Made by a program: the position numbers and the translations under genes. From Octopus vulgaris (lineage: Eukaryota): a stretch of 64,000 bases of DNA. Below the pieces are notes generated by a model. That model had not been told where the DNA came from, made no database searches, and saw only the letters and a program-made list of their open reading frames with translations. Below are positions 53,757 through 64,000 of the stretch, one piece after another; position 1 is the first letter of the stretch; every line of letters starts with the position of its first letter. Location: the NCBI GenBank assembly GCA_951406725.2, contig OX597818.1:47926001-47990000 (forward strand), in the 5' to 3' direction.

Positions 53757-55132
53757 ACTTAGTGGTTCGGCAAAAGAGACTGTTAGAATAAGTACCAGAA
53801 AATTTTAAAACTAGGTACTGGGGTCGATCTGTTCGACTAAGATACTTCAAGGTGATACCCCACTGTGACTGCAGTCCAATGACTGAAATTAGTTTTAACA
53901 TAAAAGATAAAACATCGTAGAATGAAATTTGTTTTTGCTTGTCTTCGAATTTCATTTACATTGTCAATGAAATTGCGACGTAAATTTAATCAGCAAATAT
54001 AAACTTCATTGATTTTATTCACTCTTATACACAATCTTAAACACAGTGTGATAATGTTTAGCGATGTATTTACTCTGCGGATCAAAAGCATGACGATGAA
54101 TTTCACGAAATATTTATTTATTGGATCGCAATGTACTTAGTATGCGTTGAAATTACAGGCGATGAATTTTACCATGTCAAATTCACAGTGAACCGTTTTT
54201 TGACACTATATCAGATAGGTGTCTTGTATATGACTGTCAATAGATTTGAAAATTTCTGTGTTTTAAAACTGTTATTTGACGATCCGATTAATTTATTTTT
54301 TGCGCATTCATTACGAACAAGCGCTAAACATATGCAAATGCAAAAACAAACAAATGTAAAACGTTTAGCCTCAGGTCAATGCTCTGTACGTCTTGTTTCT
54401 TTATTTTTCATTTCATGTCTGGAGTCCGACTGGAGGTGCGATACGTTTTCATGTATGTGTACGCAACATCTGTGATGAATAGCCAAGAAGAACGCGCGTT
54501 AAAACAAACAATCCTAAGTGTCAACCAAGCGCCATGGTGGAATGTAGCATAGCAATGGTCGACATGGTGATTTTATCAAATTATAAAATACTCGGCCATT
54601 TAAACGAAATTGATGGTCAGAGAAAGAATGGCTACTGAGATTTTTATTCCGTCGAAACAGAATTTAAAAATTTTCAAACACAACCAATTATTGTCCACAG
54701 TATTATAATTACAAAATGGAATTTGATGAATAGACTTAATTAGATAATGTGAACATCGGCGTGTAAAAACATTAGTATGTCGAATATGGCAATATCGATT
54801 TTTCTATGTATGTATATATATATTTACTCCGCCAAGGTCAACTTTGCCTTTCATCCTTTCGGGGTCGATAAAATAAGTACTAGTAGAATACGGTGGTCGA
54901 TGTAATCGACTTAAGTATACTCCTGGCTATGAATATAAAACAAAATTGCATCTCTCTACCAAGCCATGTCGAGCCAGTGTGGCGGGTAGGCTCATCAAAC
55001 CAGTATGATCTTAAACTCAAATTAACGGCCCCCACATTAGACCATGGTTGGTGGAGAGAACATGCTGAGGCCTTCGTTCTGCAGTGGACTGAACATGGAC
55101 AAAAAAGAATTAAACATATTCTTTGTTAAATA

Positions 55133-55689
55133 TTGGGTTGTCCTGAAAGTTCGTGCCGATTTTTAAAAGAAAGAAAAAGGTCAATGAAAGCTTGCCATTA
55201 CATTTTTAATTAACCAAATATGAACCATTTTGTTGCACAATGCGTCTCCATCTTTCCTTTAACTTGAAAATACCCTCTTCCCAGAATTGAGGTGGTTTCA
55301 TGGCAAAAGAATTCACCAAGGTATCTTTTTTAGGTCATCCAAGGAATTGAAATTTTTACCATTAAGACTATTCTGCAGAGATGTGTTACCCCACCCTCCA
55401 TATTCACGAATATGGAGGGTGGGGTAACACATCCCAGCCGAACAGCAGCAATTTTTATCTGGTTCCCAATGCATCAAGTGCCGAAAATGAACTTTCATAT
55501 CTTCCATTTTAAAGGGTTACAGAATTAACATGGGTTATAGGAACATAAATCTTTTTCCACGAAAAGATAGCTTAAACTGTGCTCTAAATGGAGGTGTAGT
55601 CAAATCCTATTTTATGGACTCAACCATGTTCTAAAATAAGTCGAAATGTAAGCTACTATAAATCGGCACGAATTTTCCGGACAACCCAA
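55133..55689 (-). mobile_element. mariner internal-deletion derivative
   Basis: TIRs TTGGGTTGTCC.GAAA.TTCGTGCCGATTT, TA flanks; MEDMKVHFRH, WDVLPHPPYS, SLQNSLNGKNF, EGIFKLKERWRRIVQQNGSY. Confidence 0.92.
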
Positions 55690-56581
55690 TACTAGACATA
55701 ATTCCAATAATGAATATCTATCAAAATCTTTCGGATACATATATAAAATAAGCAATTTTAGAATATTTCCGGACACTTTCTCTAAATCTGTGCAGGACTC
55801 CATCATTGGAAACTGGATTTTCATATTATCTCGTCGTGATATTACGTAACATTGATCAAGTTTTCCGTTTTAAAACAGTTTTAACATTTTCAGTTGAATT
55901 ATGGGTAATCATCACATGACAAGTGATTTTAGAAAGATACCATTGTTTCCATAGCTAAACAGTCACAATATGTGTGTGTGTGCGTGCCTATGGTGCTTGT
56001 AAAATTTATTCTTTTACTTCAACTGTAATCACGTGTGTGTGATGTGCGCATGCGTGGTTATGTGTGTGAGTAAACGTGTGTCGTCTATCTGACTTCTAAC
56101 GACTAAGTAGTTTTGATGATCTTAATCACCCCCTTATCATTGCTTGTCACTGACAATGTTTCTCAATCGACTTTAACTTCTTATGCTAACTCTCATCGTA
56201 TCTCTCTTTTATTCTCTCTCTCTCCCCCATTCTCTCTCTCTCTGTACACGATGTAAAGCGTGACTGCAATATATATGTTTTTCCGTCCTTGTTTCCGTAT
56301 ACATTCGATGCTTTCTTCCAAGGAATCTAATGCTCTTAGCTTAGTTTTTCCTTGGGGCTGGCCAGATTGGAGCAATTTCAAGATTAATCAGCCGAAATTG
56401 CGAGGATGATCCGGTTCTTGACTGAAGATAAAAGGCTTCGTATGACCCGTCCTTGTTTTTCTTGTATCGTCTATCTGGATGTTTTGTTGCCCTTTTTGTA
56501 TTACTTGGTTGTCTGGATGTTTTGCGTTCTTGTCCCATTTTGTATTTTATTTTTTTCTCTCCTTGTTTTTTTTCTGTGTCC

Positions 56582-56617
56582 CTTTCTGTAGAAGAGCGTA
56601 GGCTCGAAACGTAAAAG
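56582..56617 (+). ncRNA. Ultra-minimal hammerhead-like motif (A6U) in a Penelope-like fragment (about 56275-56705)
   Basis: CTTT-CTGTAGA-a-GAGC gtag GCTC-GAAA-cg-TA-AAAG; homologous to the 41865-42034 insert. Confidence 0.55.
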
Positions 56618-56979
56618 ATTTTTTCTATTCCTGAGCGTTATACTAATACATCTGTTTGTTTTGTACACCACCTGTCTTCGTCTTTTGTTATTTTCGTAAA
56701 CTCCCCTCCTCTCTCTCTCTCTCTCCCTCTCTCTATATATATATATCAACCAACCAAAATTTATATCGGCTGTTATTATATAATGATTTCCATACGTTCA
56801 TTTTTTTTTTTCAAATAGGTTGAAGGTCACATTTTAAGAAGATGGGTTAGTCAGTTGAATCGATTCCAGTATATATATCATTGTTATTCTTTTATTTTGT
56901 CGATTAGAGCAGTCATTTCAGGCGAGACTTGAACTCAGAGTGTGAAGAAATGAAAGTAAATACCGCAAGATGTTTATCA

Positions 56980-57245
56980 GATGTTGATCCGATCAACGGA
57001 ACAGCCTGCTCGTGAAATTAACGCGCAAGTGGCTGAGCACTCTACAGATGTGCGTACTCTTAACGGAGTTCTCAGGGAGATTCAGCGTGACACAGAATGT
57101 AACAAGGTTGGGTCTTTGAAGTACAAGCACTGCCCATTTTTGCCAGCTGAGTGGAAGAGATCAACGGGAAATAACTGTCTTGCTCAATCGAACTCTGGAC
57201 CTTACAATCGTGAGCCGTATATCCGAACCACTATGCCACACGCCA
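56980..57245 (-). mobile_element. SINE sharing the family C 3' domain
   Basis: GATCCGATCAACGGAACAGCCTGCTCGTGAAATTAAC matches the 3' half of 21233-21605; also at about 20230-20400. Confidence 0.7.
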
Positions 57246-57553
57246 TCACTCGAACATAGAAGAACGAAGCTAAATATGGCAGTGCTCTGCTGTTTGACTC
57301 GCTATCGTTTGTGCTAATTCGCCTCTGCTTAACCCAAAGATAGTTAAAAACTTGACGATTGACAAGTCCCTTAACCTCTTGGGAGTCGTTGGGGCACTGC
57401 AGCCATGCATCGTATCTAAAGCGAGAACGCCTGTCGGAAGCCATCTACCTCATAAAACCCAATATTAAAAAATATATTGCAGCGTGGAAGGTGTTTATAA
57501 GCCATTTAAGAAACACACAAAACCGTTAGATTCACTTCAACATTTAAATTTAA

Positions 57554-57604
57554 TTTGTCAAAATATTTTCGTCGCTTTGAGACCGCGACCTGTTCACTGA
57601 CAAA
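57554..57604 (-). ncRNA. Minimal type I hammerhead with G3-C8 swap
   Basis: TTTGTCA-GTGAACA-g-GTCGC ggtctcaaa GCGAC-GAAA-atat-TT-TGACAAA. Confidence 0.7.
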
Positions 57605-57884
57605 GCTTCATTCTTTCAATATCGGTTTAATATGCTTCGAATAAACATATTTAAAAATACAGGCAAACCATGATGTTATCTATCCATATAAACACGGTTA
57701 GGCCACTAATAATAAAAAAAAAAATCAAAGTGTTTGGTTTTATGTACGTTAATATTTCATAAAAAGACGAGTTCAAGAAAATACATTTTGTTCTGCCCGA
57801 GGACATATCATAGACCTGACGCATCCCCAGACGAAACAAAATAGTAGAACTCATTGTTTTAAATAATACATACATGCGTATATA

Positions 57885-58116
57885 TATTTCTTTACTACCC
57901 ACAAAGGGCTAAACATAGAGGGAACAAACAAGGACAGACAAACGGATTAAGTCGATTACATCGACCCCAGTGCGTAACTAGTACTTCATTTATCGACCCC
58001 GAAAGGATGAAAGGCAAAGTCGACCTCGGCGGAATTTGAACTCAGAACGTAGCTGCAGACGAAATACCGCTAAGCATTTAGCTCGGCGTGCTTAACATTT
58101 CTGCCAGCTCGCCGCC
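57885..58116 (-). mobile_element. SINE B
   Basis: Full-length. Confidence 0.9.
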
Positions 58117-58951
58117 TCTGAGTTTCTCTTCACCCCGAGCTGATAAATCTTTCGCCTTTTACTATAAGTCGAAATTTACTTGATTAGAGTATTAAAAAAT
58201 GCACAAGTTTGTAGATAATATTTTTTTATGTATTCAAGTGATATTGTAAGATACCTTCCAATTTGGTTATTTCACTATAGTCATCATTAAAAGATTTTGC
58301 CATTGATTACTTCTTAAAAACCTGTTTGTTATAGAGATTCAAATTAATTTAATCATTTATTAATATTATAACAAGAGAATCGGTTGGAAGTCTTGAATTC
58401 TAAATAATCTGCAAAATTCTGAAAGTAATTACTAAATATTGATATTAAAAATTGGAAGTGAGTATGAAGCGAAGAGGAAAGAGAAATTATCATTTTAATG
58501 AAGATCTATTAGTTTGCTTACAAACAAGAATTAGTTCTAACAAATATTGAGAAAAACAAAACAAAACAAATTGCTCTGAAATAAACATAATTTAAATTAA
58601 TCAAACATTTCAGCACATATTTGTAAACTATAATGAAGTATGGAAAGAGAGAGAGAAAAAAAAGTTATTAAAAAGCAGAGAGGAAAATGTTTAATATTGT
58701 AAATGTATTTATATAATTTTATCGATTATTCTATATCTCGTTGATTTCACCATTGCTTAGAGGTCTTTGTTAATAAGCAGAAGATTGGAGCAAAGATGTG
58801 AGCTTGGAGCTAGTAAGCAGATTATCCCCCGTCAACATCACTTTGATGAAGTCTGTTGCAATTGGTTAGGGAAAGCTTCTAAGTCAGTCAGTGCATCCAA
58901 AAACTGCCGCGTTGGAACAAAGTGGAAAGTTGCTTCAACAAAATATACAAG

Positions 58952-59634
58952 GGATCTTTTCAGTTTGAACGGCAGTTTTTCTAGCGGTGTTTCATGAAAT
59001 TGTCACCCATAATTATGACCCTAGTATCTGTTTCTTTATTACTCACAAGGGGCTGAACATAGAGGGGACAAACAAGGACAGACTAACGGATTGAGTCGAT
59101 TACATCGACCCCAGTGCGTAACTGGTATTTAATTTATCGACCCCGAAAGGATGAAAGGCAAAGTCGACCTCGGCGGGATTTGAACTCAGAACGTAACGGC
59201 AGACGAAATACGGCTACGCATTTCGCCCGGCGTGCTAACGTTTCTGCCAGTTCGCCGCCTTATGACCCTAGTATCGATCTATTGCATTTCAATGTTTTAA
59301 GGTTAGGGTTAGTTAGGGTTAGTTAGGGGTGGGGGTGGGGGGAAGGGTATCTGTTTTTTCTTCACAAATGTAAATAAACCCAATCTGTTTCTTAAACGAG
59401 GGACATATTCATACGGCACAGGATGTTTTCACCTCAATAGACGTCATTGATTGGTTGAAATTGCAGAAATTGAAGAAAAAACAACAACAAATATCTTACA
59501 AACTATAGAATTTTCTCAAAAAAGCCAAGAGAAAAAGATGTTTTATAAACACATTCTACCAGTATACGAAGTTTAAAAGTGTTTAGTTACGTGGAAATTA
59601 TTTTAAAAAACTGCCGTTCAAACTGAAAAGATCC
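58952..59634. mobile_element. Second telomere-repeat TIR element, with nested SINE B
   Basis: Same TIRs as 12949; perfect 8-bp TSD TATACAAG; (TTAGGG)-like run at about 59298-59330. Confidence 0.92.
59029..59259 (-). mobile_element. SINE B with perfect 16-bp TSD
   Basis: TTATGACCCTAGTATC at 59013-59028 and 59260-59275; single copy in the uninterrupted element at about 13318-13333. Confidence 0.95.
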
Positions 59635-59787
59635 TATACAAGAGATTGTTCCAACAGCTGTAGATTTAATTGTTTGCTCCTTTCTGGGCTATTGAAAAGC
59701 AAAATTTGTGATTTCAAAAGGATTATATTTCGTTTTGTTTTGAATTAATTAGGCTTGGAATCAACTTGTAGAGTTTTTATTGGATAT

Positions 59788-60202
59788 TCTCTTTTACTCT
59801 TTTATTTGTTTCAGTCATTTGACTGCGGCCATGCTGGAGCACCGCCTTTAGTCGAGCAAATCGACCCAGGACTTATTCTTTGTAAGCGTAGTTGTTATTC
59901 TATCCGTCTGTTTTGCCGAACCGCTAAGTTACAGGGACGTAAACACACCAGCATCGGTTGTCAAGCGATGTTGGGGGGGGGGGGTGCAAACACAGACACA
60001 CAAACACATACACACACACATACATACATATATATACATATATACGACGGGCTTCTTTCAGTTTCCGTCTACCAAATCCACTCACAAGGCTTTGGTCGGC
60101 CCGAGGCTATAGTAGAAGACACTTGGCCAAGCTGCCACGCAGTGGGAATGAACCCGGAATCATGTGGTTGGTAAGCAAGCTACTTACCACACAGTCACTC
60201 CT
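59788..60202 (-). mobile_element. SINE A
   Basis: Near full-length. Confidence 0.9.
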
Positions 60203-61307
60203 TGGAATAAAGTATCGTCTACGCTTCTATTTTTCCTTTCCAAGCAATCGATCTGCAAATGTGTTGTGGATCGGTTCAAATTTCGCAGGCGTCCCCGACA
60301 TTTTAACATTTCCCCGGTTGAACTCTCCGCTCTTCCATGTCTCCGACGCCGCAAAGACATCATTTTAAAACCGGCTGATACCCACATTCTCTCTTAATTA
60401 ATACCCCCTCCACCCACACCCCACACCCCACCTCCCTCCCACCCTCCCACCCCCATTCCACGCTTCGTTGTTCGCTACCTTAACAGCTCCTTTATAGGAT
60501 CCAGTGGCTAAGGACCTCATCAGGAGGAATCACGTCCGGTTTCGGTCCCTAATCCTCTAACGTTTTCGAAGAGGCGGCCGCCTACTTTTATGAGGTGTTT
60601 TTAGCTCTGGTGTGGAGTGCGTGTTTCTCTTTTTTCTTTGACCTTTTGTTCTTTGGTTACTTCGATGCAGCGTCAACGAATGTCAGAAATGTCAGCGGGC
60701 GAATGACCACACTGCCAAATTTCCTGGTAATATATATATCAGAATATGCTACCGGTTTCAATCAGTTTAAGAGACGATTTAGTCATGCATTAAGGAAAGG
60801 GAAAATGAATTAGTTCTTCTTGATACAAGTTCTGATAGCTTGCACGGTTTATAACAAAATTAATTTGGCGATGGCTGCTGGTTTTCTTGTGATGGATACG
60901 ACGACGACGTAGTAGTAGTAGTAGTAGGAAAAGTTCAATCAGTGGAAGTCGTTCTTTGATATTAGAATCATCTACAACACCACATAAGTCACTCATTAAT
61001 CACAAAAAATAACTTCCACTGCTTGAGCTGCTGCTGCTGCTGCTGTTACTACTACAACTACTACTACTACTACTACTACTACCCAACAACCATCAGTAGG
61101 AAATAAACTGCCAGCACAATGTGAATTTTATAAGAATTACATGTGGTCTATCAGAACTGATATCATGGAAAATTAATTTACTTCAATTTATTTTCCTTTC
61201 TTTTACAACACGGCAAAATCATTTTTGAAAGGAGTGAATCCAGTAGCATGTTTTGAATAAATATAAATATTTTCTTTCTTTCATTTATGGTAAGGTCATC
61301 GAAGCAT

Positions 61308-61366
<59 letters not shown>

Positions 61367-61461
61367 GTTAATCCAAACATGAACAAAGAGAAAATACAAC
61401 AACGCGAGGACATGGAACAAGTATAGTGTTATTGGACGTTCAGGAAAAGAAAGAAAGGAGG

Positions 61462-61498
61462 ATATAACGTTTCGAGCGGAGCTCTTCGTCAGAAACAT
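61462..61498 (-). ncRNA. Ultra-minimal hammerhead motif in a Penelope-like fragment (about 61364-61618)
   Basis: TGTTT-CTGACGA-a-GAGC tcc GCTC-GAAA-cg-TT-ATA; stem I imperfect; (TA)n on both sides. Confidence 0.6.
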
Positions 61499-61642
61499 AG
61501 AAAGAGGAAAGGTCCAAGGAAGGGAAGACGGAGAAAGAAAATCGCCAACGATACACACACGGTCACATATTGAAACGACCGAAATGGGTGAAGAAAAAGT
61601 TATTTTAAAGACAGGAGTATATATACACACATACACACACAC

Positions 61643-61685
<43 letters not shown>

Positions 61686-61744
61686 CATACATACATACAT
61701 ACACACACACACATATGTATGTATGTATATTTATGTGGTTCCTC

Positions 61745-62103
61745 CTGATGTGGTTAAGGCAGTGACTCGCAGTCGTAAGATCGCGGTTTCAATTCCCAGA
61801 CCGGATGTTGTGAGTGTTTATTGAGCGAAAACACCTAAAGCTCCACGAGGCTCCAACAGGGGGTGGTGGCGAACCCTGCTCTGCTCTTTCACCACAACTT
61901 TCTCTCACTTTTACTTCCTGTTTCTGTTATACTTGTATTTCAAAAGGCCAGATTTGTCACACTCTGTGTCATGCTGAATCTCCCCGAGAACTACGTTATG
62001 GGTACAAGTGTCTATGGAGTACCCAGCCACTTGTTAATTTCACACAGGCTGTTCCGTTGATCGGATAAACTGGAACCCTTGTCATCGTAACCGACGGTGT
62101 GAC

Positions 62104-62105
<2 letters not shown>
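61745..62105 (+). mobile_element. SINE C
   Basis: Aligns with 21233-21605. Confidence 0.85.
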
Positions 62106-62154
<49 letters not shown>

Positions 62155-62357
62155 TGTAAGGAGGTGCTTTTCCATCCACCAAAGTAAATGGAGCCGTGGA
62201 CAGGAAGTGTCGAACGATGAAAATAAGTGCTCAACTCCATATTCGTGGATAGAACTTCTTTATTTGTGCATTAAATCTACTATTGGTTTCATGTTCAGAA
62301 AAATATCTTAATATCTTGACAATTTTTCAAGCCGATCACATGGATCCAATTTGGATA

Positions 62358-62413
<56 letters not shown>

Positions 62414-62415
<2 letters not shown>

Positions 62416-62575
62416 ATGGGCTGCTTTTATTTTCCGTCAACCAAATCCAATCACGAGGCTTTGGTCAGCCCAAGGTTCGAGTAGAAGACACTTGGTCAAG
62501 ATGAAACATAGTGGGACTGAACCCGAGACTATGTGGTTGGGAAGCAAACTTCTTGCCACCCAACCACGCCTGCGT
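62414..62575 (-). mobile_element. Old SINE A 5' half
   Basis: Diverged match. Confidence 0.75.
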
Positions 62576-62828
62576 CTGCATGTATGTATGTATGTATATA
62601 TATACACACATATGTAAGCCCCAAGGTATGTTTTTTTGTGTTAAAGTGTATCTACAGGAGTGTTCACCTGAAGAGAAGAGTGGAACCGTTTTTGACTGCT
62701 TTTTCTAGACATGTAATAGATTTTGCAACCCTTTCCATTGTGATTTATTCGTAATTATACACACTTCCTTTTTGAAATCTTTTGATTACATGTTTGGCCA
62801 TTGATATATTCGTAAATAATCATGAATT

Positions 62829-62980
62829 GGCGGTGATGGTGGTGGTGGTGGTGGTGGAGGCGGCGGCGGTGATGGTGGTGGTGGTGGTGGTGGAGGCGGC
62901 GGCGGTGGCAGCGGCGGCGGTGGTGTTGGTGGTGGTGGCGGTGGTGGTGGTGATGATGATGATGATGTTGGTGGTGGCTG
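62829..62980. repeat. (GGT/GGC/GAT)n trinucleotide repeat
   Basis: Direct reading. Confidence 0.92.
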
Positions 62981-63334
62981 ATTGATGAGCTTTCCGGTGT
63001 ACCGTCTTATCTTTCCCGCTTTCAAATTGCTGATTTGAGGACTTGACTCAGGCATTTTCGGAACATGGAAAAGTTCTGACATACACAAAATTCAAACCAT
63101 TTTTTTTTTACCTGTTGCCGCTTGACATCCTGCATTGCCAGACAACAGCCATCCTCAATATCTCTTAAACAATCCGAACCAAATTATCAGGTGTTTCCTT
63201 ACCAATCACTCAACAATGATCCCCAAGAAAATTCCTACTCTCCCTTTTCTGCTGGTAATTTATAAATTTCCTCCGAAATACTGCCTAACAAGAAAGCTGG
63301 ACATTTACAATAACAGCAAAAACCCTTCAGGGTA

Positions 63335-63495
63335 GGCGCAGGTTGTGTGGTTAAGAAGGAAGTTCACTTGGAAACTACGTGATTTCGGATTCAGTTCCAT
63401 CGCACGGCTCCTTAGGCAAATGTCTTTTACTATCACTCCGGGCCGGCTAATGTCTTGAGAGTAAATTTGGTGGACGGAAACTGAATTGAAGCCCT
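63335..63495 (+). mobile_element. Old SINE A 5' half
   Basis: Diverged match. Confidence 0.7.
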
Positions 63496-63902
63496 CCCAC
63501 CCTATGACCGTTACCTTTAAGCTGGAGAATAAAAAAAAAACTGGTTTTGAATGGTACATATTCATTAATAAATTTCCTGGAAATTTATTAATGAATATCT
63601 TCTCAGGATCATCGAATAGTCTACGAAGGACATTATGAAACCAGGCAGACTTGACCAATTGAGCTAACGATTACAATCTCCCGAAAGGTGGTGGTGGTGG
63701 TGGAACAATATTACAGGAACCGGACAATTTCGTATTCTTCTAAAACTTAGTCATAGATAAGGGCAAGATGCCTATCTGTTCTAAGCGTGTAAGAACAGAA
63801 AAAAAAATGGGAATTAAAAGATAAATGAATATTTTTGACAGAGTCAAAAAATTACCCAGAAATCATTGTAATTTGTCTTGGCATCGATTGCCAGCGGACA
63901 CA

Positions 63903-63945
63903 TGCTGCTGACGAAGTTCCAAAAAGCAGAAATTCGCGTCTAGCA
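63903..63945 (+). ncRNA. Weak, decayed hammerhead candidate
   Basis: TGCTG-CTGACGA-14 nt-GAAA-ttcgcg-TC-TAGCA; stem II does not pair well. Confidence 0.35.
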
Positions 63946-64000
63946 ATACCAACACAGCTACTGCACGATTTTTGTCTTTTACTGACATATTTCTGTATTA

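Noticed and set aside
62786-63088. Poly-proline ORF suggesting a formin/WASP-like exon
   Set aside because: Trinucleotide repeat open in several frames, with no recognisable domain or clear splice sites

Overview
AT-rich, repeat-saturated animal genomic DNA. The SINE/LINE set and microsatellite load resemble a coleoid cephalopod (Octopus-like); this is an inference and no database search was run. No intact host protein-coding gene can be supported: the long ORFs are microsatellite or SINE read-through. The window holds more than 40 copies or fragments of at least four tRNA-headed SINE families, and fragments of RTE, CR1 and R4/Dong-type LINEs. It also holds Tc1/mariner, Tc2/pogo-like, hAT, Helitron-like and GG-terminal TIR elements, a rearranged hAT transposase fossil with nested insertions, and kb-scale microsatellites. 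The most notable signal is about 10-12 minimal type I hammerhead-ribozyme motifs in short Penelope-like or retrozyme-like fragments, most sitting in or beside (TA)n tracts and several folded into palindromes. They include unusual cores (G3-C8 swap, U4C, A6U, and a stem III reduced to A-CG-U). Other oddities are SINE concatemers with the same junction at three loci, a head-to-tail cluster of (TAA)n-tailed elements, a TIR element carrying telomeric repeats, and several fold-back or template-switch scars. All alignments and folds were done by eye, so boundaries are approximate unless a TSD or TIR is quoted.
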